NCBI GenBank assembly: GCA_050950165.1
Contig: JBMNHC010000001.1
Location: 325,724-389,723, forward strand
Source: Candidatus Dojkabacteria bacterium
GTDB lineage: Bacteria; Patescibacteriota; Dojkabacteria; SC72
Length of the DNA stretch: 64,000 bases
Reading direction: 5' to 3'
In this document: positions 1 through 9,903 of the stretch, piece after piece
How positions within the stretch are numbered: position 1 is the first letter of the stretch
Layout: the number at the start of each line of letters is the position of its first letter
The notes under the pieces: generated by a model
Databases searched by the model: none
What the model saw: only the letters and a program-made list of their open reading frames with translations
Told to the model about the DNA's origin: nothing
Translations under genes and position numbers: made by a program

Positions 1-1135
1 TGGAAATAATGGGTTCAATAGGTGTTTTACACCTCTCACAGATTACTACCTCATGCTTAATATTCTCAATCTTAACAAGAAGACCCATCTCATCTAACTC
101 TTTAACCAGAGCTTTAGAGCAATCAATTGTCTCCATACCCTTAAACCTCTCTGGAATATCCCCTGTCATTTTACCATCCTCATCTATTACATTAACTATT
201 GGTAAGTCATGTCTCTTCCCTATCTCAAAATCTATTGGAGAGTGAGCAGGTGTAACTTTCAAAGCTCCCGTTCCTGTTTCAATATCTGTCTCCTCTTCAG
301 CAATTACTGGAATCTCTCTGTTTGCAATTGGGAGAAGAACCTTTTTACCAACAAATTCTCTGTATCTTTTATCATTTGGATTTACAGCTACAGCAGTATC
401 ACCTAACATTGTTTCGGGTCTTGTTGTAGCAATTGTAATACCATCTGTTCCAAGTTTCTCTCTTGCCAATTTTCTATCTTCCTCATCAACAAAAGGATAC
501 ACTATATACGCAAAAATCCCTCTCCTCTCTTCATACTCCGTATCTATATCAGCCAGAGCAGTCTTACAACTTGGACACTGATTAACAATCCTTTTATCCC
601 TGTAAACTAAACCATCTTCATACATCTTGTAGAAAGTGTCATAGACTATCTTTGTTAATCTCTCATCTAATGTAAAAAACTCTCTTGAGAAATCTGCAGA
701 GAGACCGATTCTCTGTTCATACTCTCTTGCTTTCTCCATATTTATTAAGCAAAATTCATAGCACTGCTTGTAGAACTCCTCCCTACCCATCTCCTGCTTA
801 TCAATTCCCTGCGATTGTAAAAGCTTAGTAAATACCGCTTCTGTTTGAATACCAGCATGATCTTTTCCAGGCAAAAGAAGAGTTGGGTGTCCAGTCATTC
901 TGTTGTATCTTCCAACTACATCATGAAAAGCATACCCACACATATGACCTAGATGAGGAGTCCCATTTGCATTTGGGGGAGGGAGTGTAATTGTAAAAGG
1001 AGATCTAACTTCAAAACCTTCTCTCTCTAAATACTCCTTCATTAAATCAGGATTAGTTAGTCCTGAGTTCTTCCAAAGTTCATAAATCTGAAACTCTTTT
1101 TCGGAATCAAATGCTTTTGGAATCTCTCTATTCAT
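1..1135 (-). CDS. valS: Valyl-tRNA synthetase, N-terminal part; gene continues beyond the window start
   Basis: Minus-strand translation from the ATG at 1135 gives MNREIPKAF...LPPPNANGTPHLGHM...GKDHAGIQTE, which are class I aaRS HIGH-region and ValRS signatures. It has no stop inside the window, so it is absent from the ORF track. Confidence 0.8.
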   Translation of the reverse strand, partial: MNREIPKAFDSEKEFQIYELWKNSGLTNPDLMKEYLEREGFEVRSPFTITLPPPNANGTPHLGHMCGYAFHDVVGRYNRMTGHPTLLLPGKDHAGIQTEAVFTKLLQSQGIDKQEMGREEFYKQCYEFCLINMEKAREYEQRIGLSADFSREFFTLDERLTKIVYDTFYKMYEDGLVYRDKRIVNQCPSCKTALADIDTEYEERRGIFAYIVYPFVDEEDRKLAREKLGTDGITIATTRPETMLGDTAVAVNPNDKRYREFVGKKVLLPIANREIPVIAEEETDIETGTGALKVTPAHSPIDFEIGKRHDLPIVNVIDEDGKMTGDIPERFKGMETIDCSKALVKELDEMGLLVKIENIKHEVVICERCKTPIEPIIS

Positions 1136-1220
1136 AGCCAGTATTATATCAGCCTAAAAATACTTTTACAAAACCCTTTACTAAAGCAAAGGTGTACTTC
1201 TGTGATATAATGCAGACGAT

Positions 1221-2915
1221 ATGAAAAGAAAAAACAGAAACTTTAGAGATAGTGTACTCAAGCTATGTACACTTTCAGGTACAGAAGAGATAGGGAGAAA
1301 CTGTAACTTCTTAGAATTAGGTAATGAGATAGTGATAGTAGATGCAGGATATTCATTCCCAGGACAAGAGATGTACGGTATAGATTACTTAATACCTAAT
1401 ATTAAATATCTAAGGAAAAACAAGGATAAGGTAAAAGCAATATTAATTACTCATGGACACCTAGATCATACAGGTGCACTAAGATGGATATTGCCAGAGC
1501 TAGATTACCCTCCAATATATGCAGGAGCTTTTGCTAAAGCATTAATAGAGGCTAAACTAGAAGAGCATAATCTAAAAGGAAAGGTAAAAATATTCGGTGT
1601 AAACAGACATAGTACTGTTAAGATAGGGAAAAACTTTAAAGCAACTTTCATAGGTATTAACCATAGTATTCCAGATGCTTTCTCTATCTTTCTAGATACT
1701 CCCAAAGGCAATGTCTTTTTCTCAGGAGATTACAAAATAGATACACAGCCAATAAGTGAGTTAGAAGCAGATTACGCCAAATTAAAATCTCTAAGAGGAA
1801 GAGTAGATCTAGCTTTGATGGAGAGTACTAATGCAACAAAGCCAGGAAAGGCTCCTTCCGAAACAGAGGTATTTAAGAATTTAGAGAAAGTAATACAACA
1901 GGTTGAGGGTAGGGTGATAGTAGCAGCATTCTCATCTTTGCTAATTAGGCTTCACTCTCTGTTTGAGATAGCGAAGAGAACAAACAGAAAGATTGTAATA
2001 TCTGGAAGAAGTTTAGAACAATCTCTGTCCATCGCAAGCTCTCAAAGATATATCAATATTCCACAAGGACTAATTGTAAAAGAGAAAGATATTCCTAAAT
2101 ACAAAGATAACCAACTCTTAATACTTTCTACAGGTAGTCAAGGAGAGAGATTTGCTGCATTAAACAGAATCTCTCTTAATGAGCATAAATATATAAAGAT
2201 AAAGAAAGGGGATTTAGTTATAATGTCTTCTTCTGAAATACCAGAGAATGTTGCAAGTATTGGACAGATGACAGATAGGTTAATAGCTTTAGGAGCAGAT
2301 TTAGTAAAAGATAGCATAGAGACAAAAATACACTCTACTGGACACGGTAATCAAGAGGATATGAAAATTATGCATAATCTAATTAGACCGAAGAAGGTTA
2401 TGCCTATACACGGACCCCTTACATTTAGATACTTTAATAGAAAGAATTACATCGAGTGGGGGATGAAAGGAGAAGATGTACTTCTAACAAAAGATGGTCA
2501 AGTATGGGCATACAATGGAAAACATTGGAGAAAAGAGAAAGAGATAGAATCAAAACCAATATTAATCGATGGGTTAGGAGTAGGTGATACTGGAGAAATT
2601 GTACTAAAGGATAGACAACAACTAGCAGAGTATGGAATGTTTACTGTTGTACTCAACCTTAGTAAAAAGAGCAAAGCATTAATAGGGAGACCATATTTTG
2701 TATCTAGAGGGTTCATCTACATGAAGGCTTCACAAGAGATACTTAAGGAGATAGAGGGGATGATTTTCGATATTCATAGAGCATGGGTTAATCAGTCTAA
2801 AGATAGAAAAAAATATGAGATTAAGAATCTTAAAGAAGATATTGAGAAATCTCTTAGCAAATTTATCTTCAAAAAGACTGAAAGAGAGCCAATTATTCTA
2901 GTCGTTATAGTTTAG
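1221..2915 (+). CDS. rnj: Ribonuclease J (metallo-beta-lactamase/beta-CASP RNase)
   Basis: 564 aa with motif ILITHGHLDHTGAL (HxHxDH). Length and architecture are typical of RNase J. Confidence 0.8.
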   Translation: MKRKNRNFRDSVLKLCTLSGTEEIGRNCNFLELGNEIVIVDAGYSFPGQEMYGIDYLIPNIKYLRKNKDKVKAILITHGHLDHTGALRWILPELDYPPIYAGAFAKALIEAKLEEHNLKGKVKIFGVNRHSTVKIGKNFKATFIGINHSIPDAFSIFLDTPKGNVFFSGDYKIDTQPISELEADYAKLKSLRGRVDLALMESTNATKPGKAPSETEVFKNLEKVIQQVEGRVIVAAFSSLLIRLHSLFEIAKRTNRKIVISGRSLEQSLSIASSQRYINIPQGLIVKEKDIPKYKDNQLLILSTGSQGERFAALNRISLNEHKYIKIKKGDLVIMSSSEIPENVASIGQMTDRLIALGADLVKDSIETKIHSTGHGNQEDMKIMHNLIRPKKVMPIHGPLTFRYFNRKNYIEWGMKGEDVLLTKDGQVWAYNGKHWRKEKEIESKPILIDGLGVGDTGEIVLKDRQQLAEYGMFTVVLNLSKKSKALIGRPYFVSRGFIYMKASQEILKEIEGMIFDIHRAWVNQSKDRKKYEIKNLKEDIEKSLSKFIFKKTEREPIILVVIV

Positions 2916-2964
2916 CTTCTTAGTACTTCTTAAGTAAATATCTAAATGATATAATTGCAGTAAG

Positions 2965-4218
2965 ATGATAAAGCTGCCTTTCTTAAAACCTAAAGAGTAT
3001 CTCTTAGATGGTAAAAAATCCGTTGTAGCATTGGATATAGGGACAGAGACTGTTAAGAGTTTACTTTTTACAATGACAGAGTCTGGAGTAGTAGTACAAA
3101 GGGTTTCCAGAATTCAGCAACAGTCTCATGCAATGAGGAGTGGAATAATTACTAATCTAGATACTGTGTTAGAAAATTGTAAGCTTTCAATAAGTAAACT
3201 TCTTAGTAATTTAAAAGATGATGAATTACCAAATAGTGTAATTACGGGAATTGCAGGAGAATATATACAAGGAGTATCAATCATCGTTAACTATCAAAGA
3301 GAAGAGAATTACGATAAAGAGGTAACAAAAAAAGAGCAGGAGAGAATAATATCTCAGGTTAAGTCCCAAATAGTCTTAAATGGTAAAGAAGATCTTAGTC
3401 AAAGAACAGGACTTAAAAGTGAAGATATTGAGATATTACATATTACTCCAACAGGACTAGAGATAGGGGGAATGCCTGTAAATACCCTAATTGGATATAA
3501 AGGGAGAGATGTTAGATTACATTTCTATGCTTCTTTTGCTCCAAAAACATATACAGAGGCTCTTAGAAAAGTAGCTGCTGGTTTAAATTTTAAAGTTCTT
3601 GGTATTGTTTCTCAACCATTTGCTGTAGCAAGAGCTCACTCAGCAGGAGAGGATAAAAATTTTTCTGCAATATTTGTAGATGTAGGAGGAGGAACAACAG
3701 ATGTTGCGGTTGTAAAAGATGGTAATATTGCTGAAACACAGATGTTTGCATTTGGAGGTAGAGTATTTACTAAGGAGTTGGCAAAGCTAACAGATACTGA
3801 CTTTAGACACGCTGAGCAGAGAAAGATTAAATATTCGAACAAAGAATTAACAAAAGAAGTTGCTAGACAAGTACAAAGAGTTATGTATTCTACTGCAAAC
3901 CTTTGGATGCAGACATTAAGGATTGCTCTTGATAGTTGTGAGGGTATCGATGTGTTTCCATCTCAAATATATCTCTGTGGTGGAGGAGCATTACTTCCTG
4001 AGATAAAAGAGGCTATGCTCGAATTTCCTTGGAAAAAGCACTTACCTTTTACAGTTGTACCTAAGATAGAGATGTTTACACCAGATCTGTTGGGTAATCT
4101 TGTTGATAATAGTGGTCAATTAGAAAATGTCTACGATATTACACCTGCATCTTTAGCAAAATTCGTATATGATATGGAGATAGACAAAATTAAATTTGAT
4201 ATCGAATGGGATGCCTAA
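2965..4218 (+). CDS. ftsA: Actin-fold ATPase, FtsA-like (possibly PilM-like)
   Basis: 417 aa with VALDIGTETVK and FVDVGGGTTDVAVV phosphate-binding motifs of the FtsA/PilM/MreB sugar-kinase fold. The size fits FtsA. Confidence 0.55.
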   Translation: MIKLPFLKPKEYLLDGKKSVVALDIGTETVKSLLFTMTESGVVVQRVSRIQQQSHAMRSGIITNLDTVLENCKLSISKLLSNLKDDELPNSVITGIAGEYIQGVSIIVNYQREENYDKEVTKKEQERIISQVKSQIVLNGKEDLSQRTGLKSEDIEILHITPTGLEIGGMPVNTLIGYKGRDVRLHFYASFAPKTYTEALRKVAAGLNFKVLGIVSQPFAVARAHSAGEDKNFSAIFVDVGGGTTDVAVVKDGNIAETQMFAFGGRVFTKELAKLTDTDFRHAEQRKIKYSNKELTKEVARQVQRVMYSTANLWMQTLRIALDSCEGIDVFPSQIYLCGGGALLPEIKEAMLEFPWKKHLPFTVVPKIEMFTPDLLGNLVDNSGQLENVYDITPASLAKFVYDMEIDKIKFDIEWDA

Positions 4219-6049
4219 AGATATAAATGTAAAGAAAATTATAATCAATGCCTCGCATGAGCTTACAGATATTGCAAAAGAGATACACAACAGTAAGGCA
4301 GAGAGAGTAGTGCTTACTTTTACAGATCAAACAGATATTTTAATAAGTCCAATAAATCTAAAGGTTTTACGAGAGGTAGCTCAAAGAGAAGGTAAGCTTT
4401 TAATAGCTCAGATTATTCAGAATCCTACTGGGGTAAGAAATAGCAAACTGGCAGGTATAAAGGTAATAGAGACGCCTTCTTCTCCAACTCTTCAAGATTG
4501 GGAAGATGCTGCAGAGGAGATAGTAAAAGAAGAGAGAGAGTTAGTATCTAAAAAGAAAGTAGCCAAACTAGCAAAAGAGGAAGAGGCTCCTAAGAGTTCT
4601 GCATTCGAAGAGAGAGTAAATAGCGTACTTAACAAGAGTAAAGAAGAATATGAAGATAGACGAGGGATTAAACCAGATACTTCTTTCATATCAATAAACA
4701 AAGATATTCCGTCTGCACAGCAAGAAGAGTCTTTGGCTGGTAAAGATTTTGCTCCAACTATGCCTGATGTAGACTCTCAAAGCGATATTCAACAAGAGAG
4801 AAGATTTCCGAGACCTAAGTTTAAGGGTTTTAATTTTAGGGGTATTAATTTTAAAGATAAAAAGACTACACGTATTCTCTTAATTCTTCTTGCAGTATTT
4901 ATTCTTCTTCCTGGTTCTGTTTTTGCAATATATAATCAGATGGTTCCTTTGGTAAAGGTAAAGATTTTTGTTGAAGCTAAGCCAATTGAAATAGAGAAGA
5001 TATTTGTTGGAGATCCAAATATTGAGGAAATAGATTTTGATAACCTAAAGATACCAATAAAGACAGAGGAGATAGATAAGACTCTTTCTGGAACTATTAA
5101 TCCTACTGGTAAAGCATTTAAAGGAGATAAGGCTAAGGGAGTAGTCACTCTTACATATAACAATACAGATGGGTGTGGAGAGACAAATACTCCAATATCT
5201 TTGGCTGCTGGTCATAAGATTACGGCTACAACAGGTGAGTCATACAAATTAATAACTGCTGTACAACAATTAACATGTCCCGATGTTGTAGATGTTAATG
5301 TTGAGGCTGTAGATATAGGGACTGAATATAATATAAATTCTGGTAAGTCTTTCTCTGTTGCTGGGTATTCTTCTTCTTTGCTTTCAGGATTTAATAAAAA
5401 TACATTTACAGGGGGTACAAAAGAGGAGCATACCGTTCTTTCACAACAAGATTTGGATAATGCTGTAAAGGAGCTTAGTGAGACTGCAATAGAGGAGATG
5501 AAGTCTACTTTGAGAGAGAAAGAGAGTTCTTGGGAAATTATTGAGAATAGTATTAAGAGTCAGGTAGAAAAAGATGGTATTAAAACGGATAAAAAGGTTG
5601 GGGAAGAGGCAACTGTTGTTAATTTGGAGATTACAATTAAGGGTACTGCTACATATTACTTAACCAAGGATCTAAATGATGGGTTAACTGCTCTTTTAAG
5701 AGAGGAGGCTACTGAGCAGAATCTTTTTGAGACAGAAAATGAGATAGAGTTAGAGTTGGGAGAGAAGATAGAGAAGGAGTTAACTGTTGATGATACTAAG
5801 ACTCCTGTTGAGATAAAGTTAATAGCTAAGTCTTCAATTAGGCCGAAGATTGATAAGGAGGAGATAGAGAAGAAATTGAAGAGTATGGGGTGGCATGAGG
5901 GGTTAGATTATATAACTACATTAGATTTTTCAGAGCAAAAGACAGAGGTTTTGTTTATTCCTACCAACTATCCAGAGCTCTTAAAGAGGTTTCCTAATAG
6001 AAGAGGGGGGGTACTGCTTTCAATAGTGGAGTTAAAGAGTATAGAGTAA
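4196..6049 (+). CDS. Bitopic membrane protein, start overlaps the FtsA-like gene (translationally coupled)
   Basis: 617 aa with a single TM (ILLILLAVFILLPGSVFAIY) near aa 220 and a large C-terminal extracytoplasmic domain. No recognisable catalytic motif. Confidence 0.5.
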   Translation: MISNGMPKDINVKKIIINASHELTDIAKEIHNSKAERVVLTFTDQTDILISPINLKVLREVAQREGKLLIAQIIQNPTGVRNSKLAGIKVIETPSSPTLQDWEDAAEEIVKEERELVSKKKVAKLAKEEEAPKSSAFEERVNSVLNKSKEEYEDRRGIKPDTSFISINKDIPSAQQEESLAGKDFAPTMPDVDSQSDIQQERRFPRPKFKGFNFRGINFKDKKTTRILLILLAVFILLPGSVFAIYNQMVPLVKVKIFVEAKPIEIEKIFVGDPNIEEIDFDNLKIPIKTEEIDKTLSGTINPTGKAFKGDKAKGVVTLTYNNTDGCGETNTPISLAAGHKITATTGESYKLITAVQQLTCPDVVDVNVEAVDIGTEYNINSGKSFSVAGYSSSLLSGFNKNTFTGGTKEEHTVLSQQDLDNAVKELSETAIEEMKSTLREKESSWEIIENSIKSQVEKDGIKTDKKVGEEATVVNLEITIKGTATYYLTKDLNDGLTALLREEATEQNLFETENEIELELGEKIEKELTVDDTKTPVEIKLIAKSSIRPKIDKEEIEKKLKSMGWHEGLDYITTLDFSEQKTEVLFIPTNYPELLKRFPNRRGGVLLSIVELKSIE

Positions 6050-6093
6050 GGCTTTTAATTCAACCAAATTATTGATAAAATTGCATGCTATAT

Positions 6094-6167
6094 GTACCCG
6101 TAGCTCAATAGGATAGAGCAATTGCCTTCTAAGCAGTAGGTTGTCGGTTCGATTCCGGCCGGGTACG
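6094..6167 (+). tRNA. tRNA-Arg (anticodon TCT)
   Basis: Cloverleaf folded by hand: acceptor GTACCCG/CGGGTAC, anticodon loop CTTCTAA, T-loop TTCGATT. Confidence 0.85.
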
Positions 6168-6200
6168 CGTCCAGCTAACTTATAGTGTTGGATGTAATAT

Positions 6201-6287
6201 GGAGAGATGCCTGAGCGGTCGAAAGGACACGCTTGGAGAGCGTGCGTACATTAACTTGTACCGTGGGTTCGAATCCCACTCTCTCCG
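6201..6287 (+). tRNA. tRNA-Ser (anticodon GGA), long variable arm
   Basis: GGAGAGA acceptor, anticodon loop TTGGAGA, long variable arm, T-arm GTGGGTTCGAATCCCAC. Confidence 0.85.
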
Positions 6288-6418
6288 CACCAACCTATAG
6301 TATTGCTTTTCAGGGAGATTTTTAGTATAATGTAACTGTAAACTATATTGTTTACTGTTCTTTCAAAAAAAATTAGTTTAAAGGCAAAATTTCAAAACTA
6401 AAAAAAAAGGAGGTTCTT

Positions 6419-6670
6419 ATGGAAAACGGAGGTGCCTTTTTCTTTGTTTATTTCCTGTTGCACTTCATTTGGATGGCGGGAGATGCTCTCAAAAAGAAGT
6501 TTCCTCATCTGGGGGAAATCAACTTTGCTCTTTATACGTACTCAATTCTGGGGTACGTGGCTATGGCCCTTTTTCTTGATTTCCTGCCAATAGGTTGGGG
6601 TATCGCCTGCTGCGTAATAGCAGCTATGTACCTCCTATCCTTACTTATAGAGATCCGCCCCGTAAAATGA
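6419..6670 (+). CDS. Small two-TM membrane peptide (83 aa) with a strong SD
   Basis: AAGGAGG sits 6 nt upstream of the ATG. The product is a hydrophobic 2-TM peptide. The gene is followed immediately by the conserved hairpin terminator. Confidence 0.45.
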   Translation: MENGGAFFFVYFLLHFIWMAGDALKKKFPHLGEINFALYTYSILGYVAMALFLDFLPIGWGIACCVIAAMYLLSLLIEIRPVK

Positions 6671-6678
6671 AAGAACAG

Positions 6679-6744
6679 AGCACCGAGAGGTTAGTATGAG
6701 GATATTTTTCTTCTACATATACCTATTAGGTGCTTTTTCTTTTT
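6679..6744 (+). terminator. Long imperfect hairpin plus T-tract (copy A of a duplicated about 66-nt element)
   Basis: AGCACCGAGAGGTTAGTATGAGGATATTTTTCTTCTACATATACCTATTAGGTGCTTTTTCTTTTT. It is 64/66 identical to 15720-15786. GCACC...GGTGC stem followed by a U-run. Confidence 0.6.
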
Positions 6745-8096
6745 AGTAATAATTTAGAAGTAGAAATTAATACTAAAGAGAGAAAGAATATTACATTACC
6801 CTGTGGTAGAGTAAAAAAGTAATGATCAAACATACCAACTATAACTAAAAAAAGAAGAATAGAAACAGTAAATCTGTTCATCTTCACTCCCCTCAAAAAA
6901 TATCTAAACAATATATACAAGTAATATATACCTAGAAATAACCCTAGTTCTACAAAATTTAATACCCATATATTATGCACAGGCTGTAGTAGTAATCTCC
7001 CCCCTTGTGTAAAAGGGATATTTTCTTTGTAAAAGTAAAGAGAATTACCTAAGCCTGTACCTAGTAATATATTTTCTTTAAATATTTTAAAGTTTAGTTC
7101 AATTAGTTTTACTCTGTCACTAAAACTACTATCCATACTAGAAAAGATATTCATAAATCTGAAATAGAGAAGAGAACTAAAAGAGAAAACCTTTTTACCT
7201 ACAAAAAAGATTGTAAGAATTAATAAAAGGAGAAGAATTGAGACCCTAGAAAAAGTCAAGAGAAGTAATATTGAAGTAAGTAATATTAAGAAAAGATATA
7301 TTTTCTTTTTAGATTCTTTATACAGAGCAAATGAAAGTAAGAAGATGAATAGATACCAACCAGCTAATATATTAGGATGAGGAAATGTACCATATGCTCT
7401 CAGATACAGCTGTCCATTTATATCTATAAAGCTTGTATCTCCCATACCAGAAACAAGTTTTGATTCCCCAAGGAAAAATACGCCTAGAGAAGCTCCTTTC
7501 AAAAATTGATATATACCGATAACACCCTGTATCAGTACTGAACTTAACAGTAGGAAGAATACCCATCTCTCTTTTGCAACCTTTTTAATATATTCTGTTT
7601 TCTTAAGGTATGAAAGTAAGAGAAGGAAAGTAATGAGGTAGAGGAAGATCCTTGTGTAGAGTAGGGTGGATAGGAGGTTTTGTGTAATTAAGGTATGGAT
7701 TATGAAAAAGAGTAGAAGAATTAGTAAGTATTTATCTTTTAAATATTTTTTAATTACTTCTTTCTTTAGTAGGAAACATAGTTGGATGAGAAGGAGAATA
7801 GCAAAAATATCTAAAATTGATATTGTTGGTATTAGATAGTTTACCCAGAAGCCTGCAACAAAGGGTTCTGTATTAAAAAAAGGTATCTGTAAAGTAATGT
7901 TAAAGGGAACTACAGAAAGAAGAAAGGGTAATGTTGTAAGAGATTTAGGTTTTTTAAGTGTAAATATATACCAAATGGTAAAAAGAAGAATGAGAAATAT
8001 TCCTTTAGGGATGTTTTGGAAGGTAAGGAGAATAGTTCCAATGGTAAGAATGGTGTAGAGAAAATGGGCATAATATTTCTTTAAAAATACATACAT
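6726..8096 (-). CDS. Polytopic membrane protein, O-antigen ligase/Wzy_C-like
   Basis: 456 aa with more than 10 TM segments. The loop RAYGTFPHPNILAGWY resembles the R..G..HPN motif of WaaL/Wzy_C ligases. Confidence 0.45.
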   Translation of the reverse strand: MYVFLKKYYAHFLYTILTIGTILLTFQNIPKGIFLILLFTIWYIFTLKKPKSLTTLPFLLSVVPFNITLQIPFFNTEPFVAGFWVNYLIPTISILDIFAILLLIQLCFLLKKEVIKKYLKDKYLLILLLFFIIHTLITQNLLSTLLYTRIFLYLITFLLLLSYLKKTEYIKKVAKERWVFFLLLSSVLIQGVIGIYQFLKGASLGVFFLGESKLVSGMGDTSFIDINGQLYLRAYGTFPHPNILAGWYLFIFLLSFALYKESKKKIYLFLILLTSILLLLTFSRVSILLLLLILTIFFVGKKVFSFSSLLYFRFMNIFSSMDSSFSDRVKLIELNFKIFKENILLGTGLGNSLYFYKENIPFTQGGRLLLQPVHNIWVLNFVELGLFLGIYYLYILFRYFLRGVKMNRFTVSILLFLVIVGMFDHYFFTLPQGNVIFFLSLVLISTSKLLLKRKST

Positions 8097-8120
8097 TGAT
8101 ATATTTTATCAAAGAACTAT

Positions 8121-8636
8121 CTACTCCTCACTCTCTTCTGATTCTTCTCCCTCTTGGTCAATACCTAATTCTGATTCTTTAAGAGGTATGATTCTAACAA
8201 ATCTTTCTCTACCTTCTCCTACACTTTCTGTTTTTACATCATCAAAGACTTGAAGAGTAAGGTGTACTACTCTCCTGTCAGATGGTTTCATTGGAGGAAG
8301 ATCGATAGATTCTCCTAATATTCTAGCGTCATCCGCTTTCTGCATAGCAAATTTTTCTAGTTTTTCATCTCTCTCTTTTCTGTATCCACCAACATCTAAA
8401 ACAATTCTAACTTCTTTCTTTTCGTCAAAGTGTTTTCTAAGAAGTAAGCTTAGTACAAACTGCAAAGAGTCTAAGTGCTTACCGTGTCCTCCAATTAAAT
8501 ATCCAAGGTCTTCTCCTTCAAAAGAGATTTTAATATATGTAATGTCTGAAATCTCTTCTGTTTTAAGAGAATACTCTCTATCTATATTCATTAATTTTAA
8601 GAGAGTATCTAGCTCTTTCTTAACAATATCTTCCAT
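8121..8636 (-). CDS. jag: Jag/KhpB-like KH-R3H RNA-binding protein
   Basis: R3H motif LIGGHGKHLDSLQ. Located immediately downstream of yidC as in canonical yidC-jag operons. Confidence 0.75.
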   Translation of the reverse strand: MEDIVKKELDTLLKLMNIDREYSLKTEEISDITYIKISFEGEDLGYLIGGHGKHLDSLQFVLSLLLRKHFDEKKEVRIVLDVGGYRKERDEKLEKFAMQKADDARILGESIDLPPMKPSDRRVVHLTLQVFDDVKTESVGEGRERFVRIIPLKESELGIDQEGEESEESEE

Positions 8637-8637
8637 A

Positions 8638-9492
8638 TTATGTATTTTTTAATTTATTTTTCTTTAAAAGAATAGTAGAGAGATTCTGTACTCCCTTTTT
8701 ACTTTTATCAAAGTCTAGTATGAAATATTGTATTACGAGCATAAAAGATTGAATCATCCAGTACCAACCTAGTGCAGCAGGCATACTGATAGTGAAAAAT
8801 ACTGTCATTAATGGAAACATTAGCATCATGGATTTTTGCATTTGAGCTTGCATCTGTTCCGGAGTTTTCTCTCCTTTCTTACCACTATCTTTTTTAGTAG
8901 GTGTTATACCTTGAATCTTCTGTGTAAAGAGAGATGTCATATACTGTACTATTCCAACAAGTATTGCTAAGCCTATGTAAGGTAGGCTCTCTGTTGCTAG
9001 TTTTCCATATTCAGAGGAAACAGAGTTGTATGATTTTGTTAAATCCCAAACTAGAAACTGAGGATTAATTGTATATCCATTAGATATACCTACTAACTCT
9101 CTAGTCCAATCGTAAAGACCATCTAAATTACTGCTTGTTACTGCTCGTATCACCCCTATTAATACAGAAAGTATGAGTAGTTGAGGTATGAAAGTTCCTA
9201 GGCATCCAAGTGGGTTGTATCCCATTTTCCTATACAGTTTCATCTGTTCTTGTGATAGTTTCTCTGGGTTATTTGCATACTTTTTCTGCAATTTTTCTAG
9301 TTCTGGTTTCATATTTGTCATTATCTTTGTCATTGCAGTTTGTTTTTTTACAAGAGGTGTTAAGAGTAAACGAGCTACTACAGCAATAACAAGAATAGCT
9401 AGACCTAAGTTATCACCTAGATAGTGATAGAGTATGGTAACAATATTTAAAATTGGGTTAAAAAGAAAAGTATTCCAAAGGGTTGCTAACAT
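8638..9492 (-). CDS. yidC: Membrane protein insertase YidC/Oxa1 (short form)
   Basis: YKMGYNPLGCLGTFIPQLLILSVL matches the YidC core. It has 5 TM segments and the rnpA-yidD-yidC-jag context. Confidence 0.85.
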   Translation of the reverse strand: MLATLWNTFLFNPILNIVTILYHYLGDNLGLAILVIAVVARLLLTPLVKKQTAMTKIMTNMKPELEKLQKKYANNPEKLSQEQMKLYRKMGYNPLGCLGTFIPQLLILSVLIGVIRAVTSSNLDGLYDWTRELVGISNGYTINPQFLVWDLTKSYNSVSSEYGKLATESLPYIGLAILVGIVQYMTSLFTQKIQGITPTKKDSGKKGEKTPEQMQAQMQKSMMLMFPLMTVFFTISMPAALGWYWMIQSFMLVIQYFILDFDKSKKGVQNLSTILLKKNKLKNT

Positions 9493-9540
9493 ATTAATAA
9501 AGAATTAAGAATAAAAATCTGATGTATTATACATTAAAGT

Positions 9541-9903
9541 TTATTTTTTTTCAGGAACAGGGTCATACTTACCTGCCTTACTCCATGGATTACATTTAAG
9601 AACTCTTTTTGTTGTTAGATATGTACCTTTTAAAACACCAAATCTTTCTACTGCTTTGTACCCATACTCTGAGCATGTTGGTATATGTTTACAACTTCTC
9701 CAGTTAGGAAAAAGTTTTCCTAAATATCCATGATCTAAGGATACTGTTTTTTGATATATTCGTATTAGTAGTAATTCTAATCTCTTAGGAATCTCTAAAA
9801 GCAGTTTTAATTTGTTCAGAGTATTCTTCTTTAAGTTTTTCATAGTTATCACAATACTTAAAAGCGATATATTGGCACTTAAAAGGTTTGTTTTCAAAAT
9901 CAT
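9541..9903 (-). CDS. yidD: Membrane protein insertion efficiency factor YidD; true start probably internal, near 9840
   Basis: CKHIPTCSEYGYKAVERFGVLKGTYLTTKRVLKCNPWSKAGKYDPVP is the YidD signature. The ORF's 5' part overlaps rnpA. Confidence 0.8.
   Translation of the reverse strand: MILKTNLLSANISLLSIVITMKNLKKNTLNKLKLLLEIPKRLELLLIRIYQKTVSLDHGYLGKLFPNWRSCKHIPTCSEYGYKAVERFGVLKGTYLTTKRVLKCNPWSKAGKYDPVPEKK

Noticed and set aside
1505-1711. Short antisense ORFs inside rnj, ftsA, dnaA, dnaN and others (for example 1505-1711, 3636-3842, 11508-11843, 12714-12983)
   Set aside because: They are embedded antisense in strongly supported genes and have no SD or motif support.
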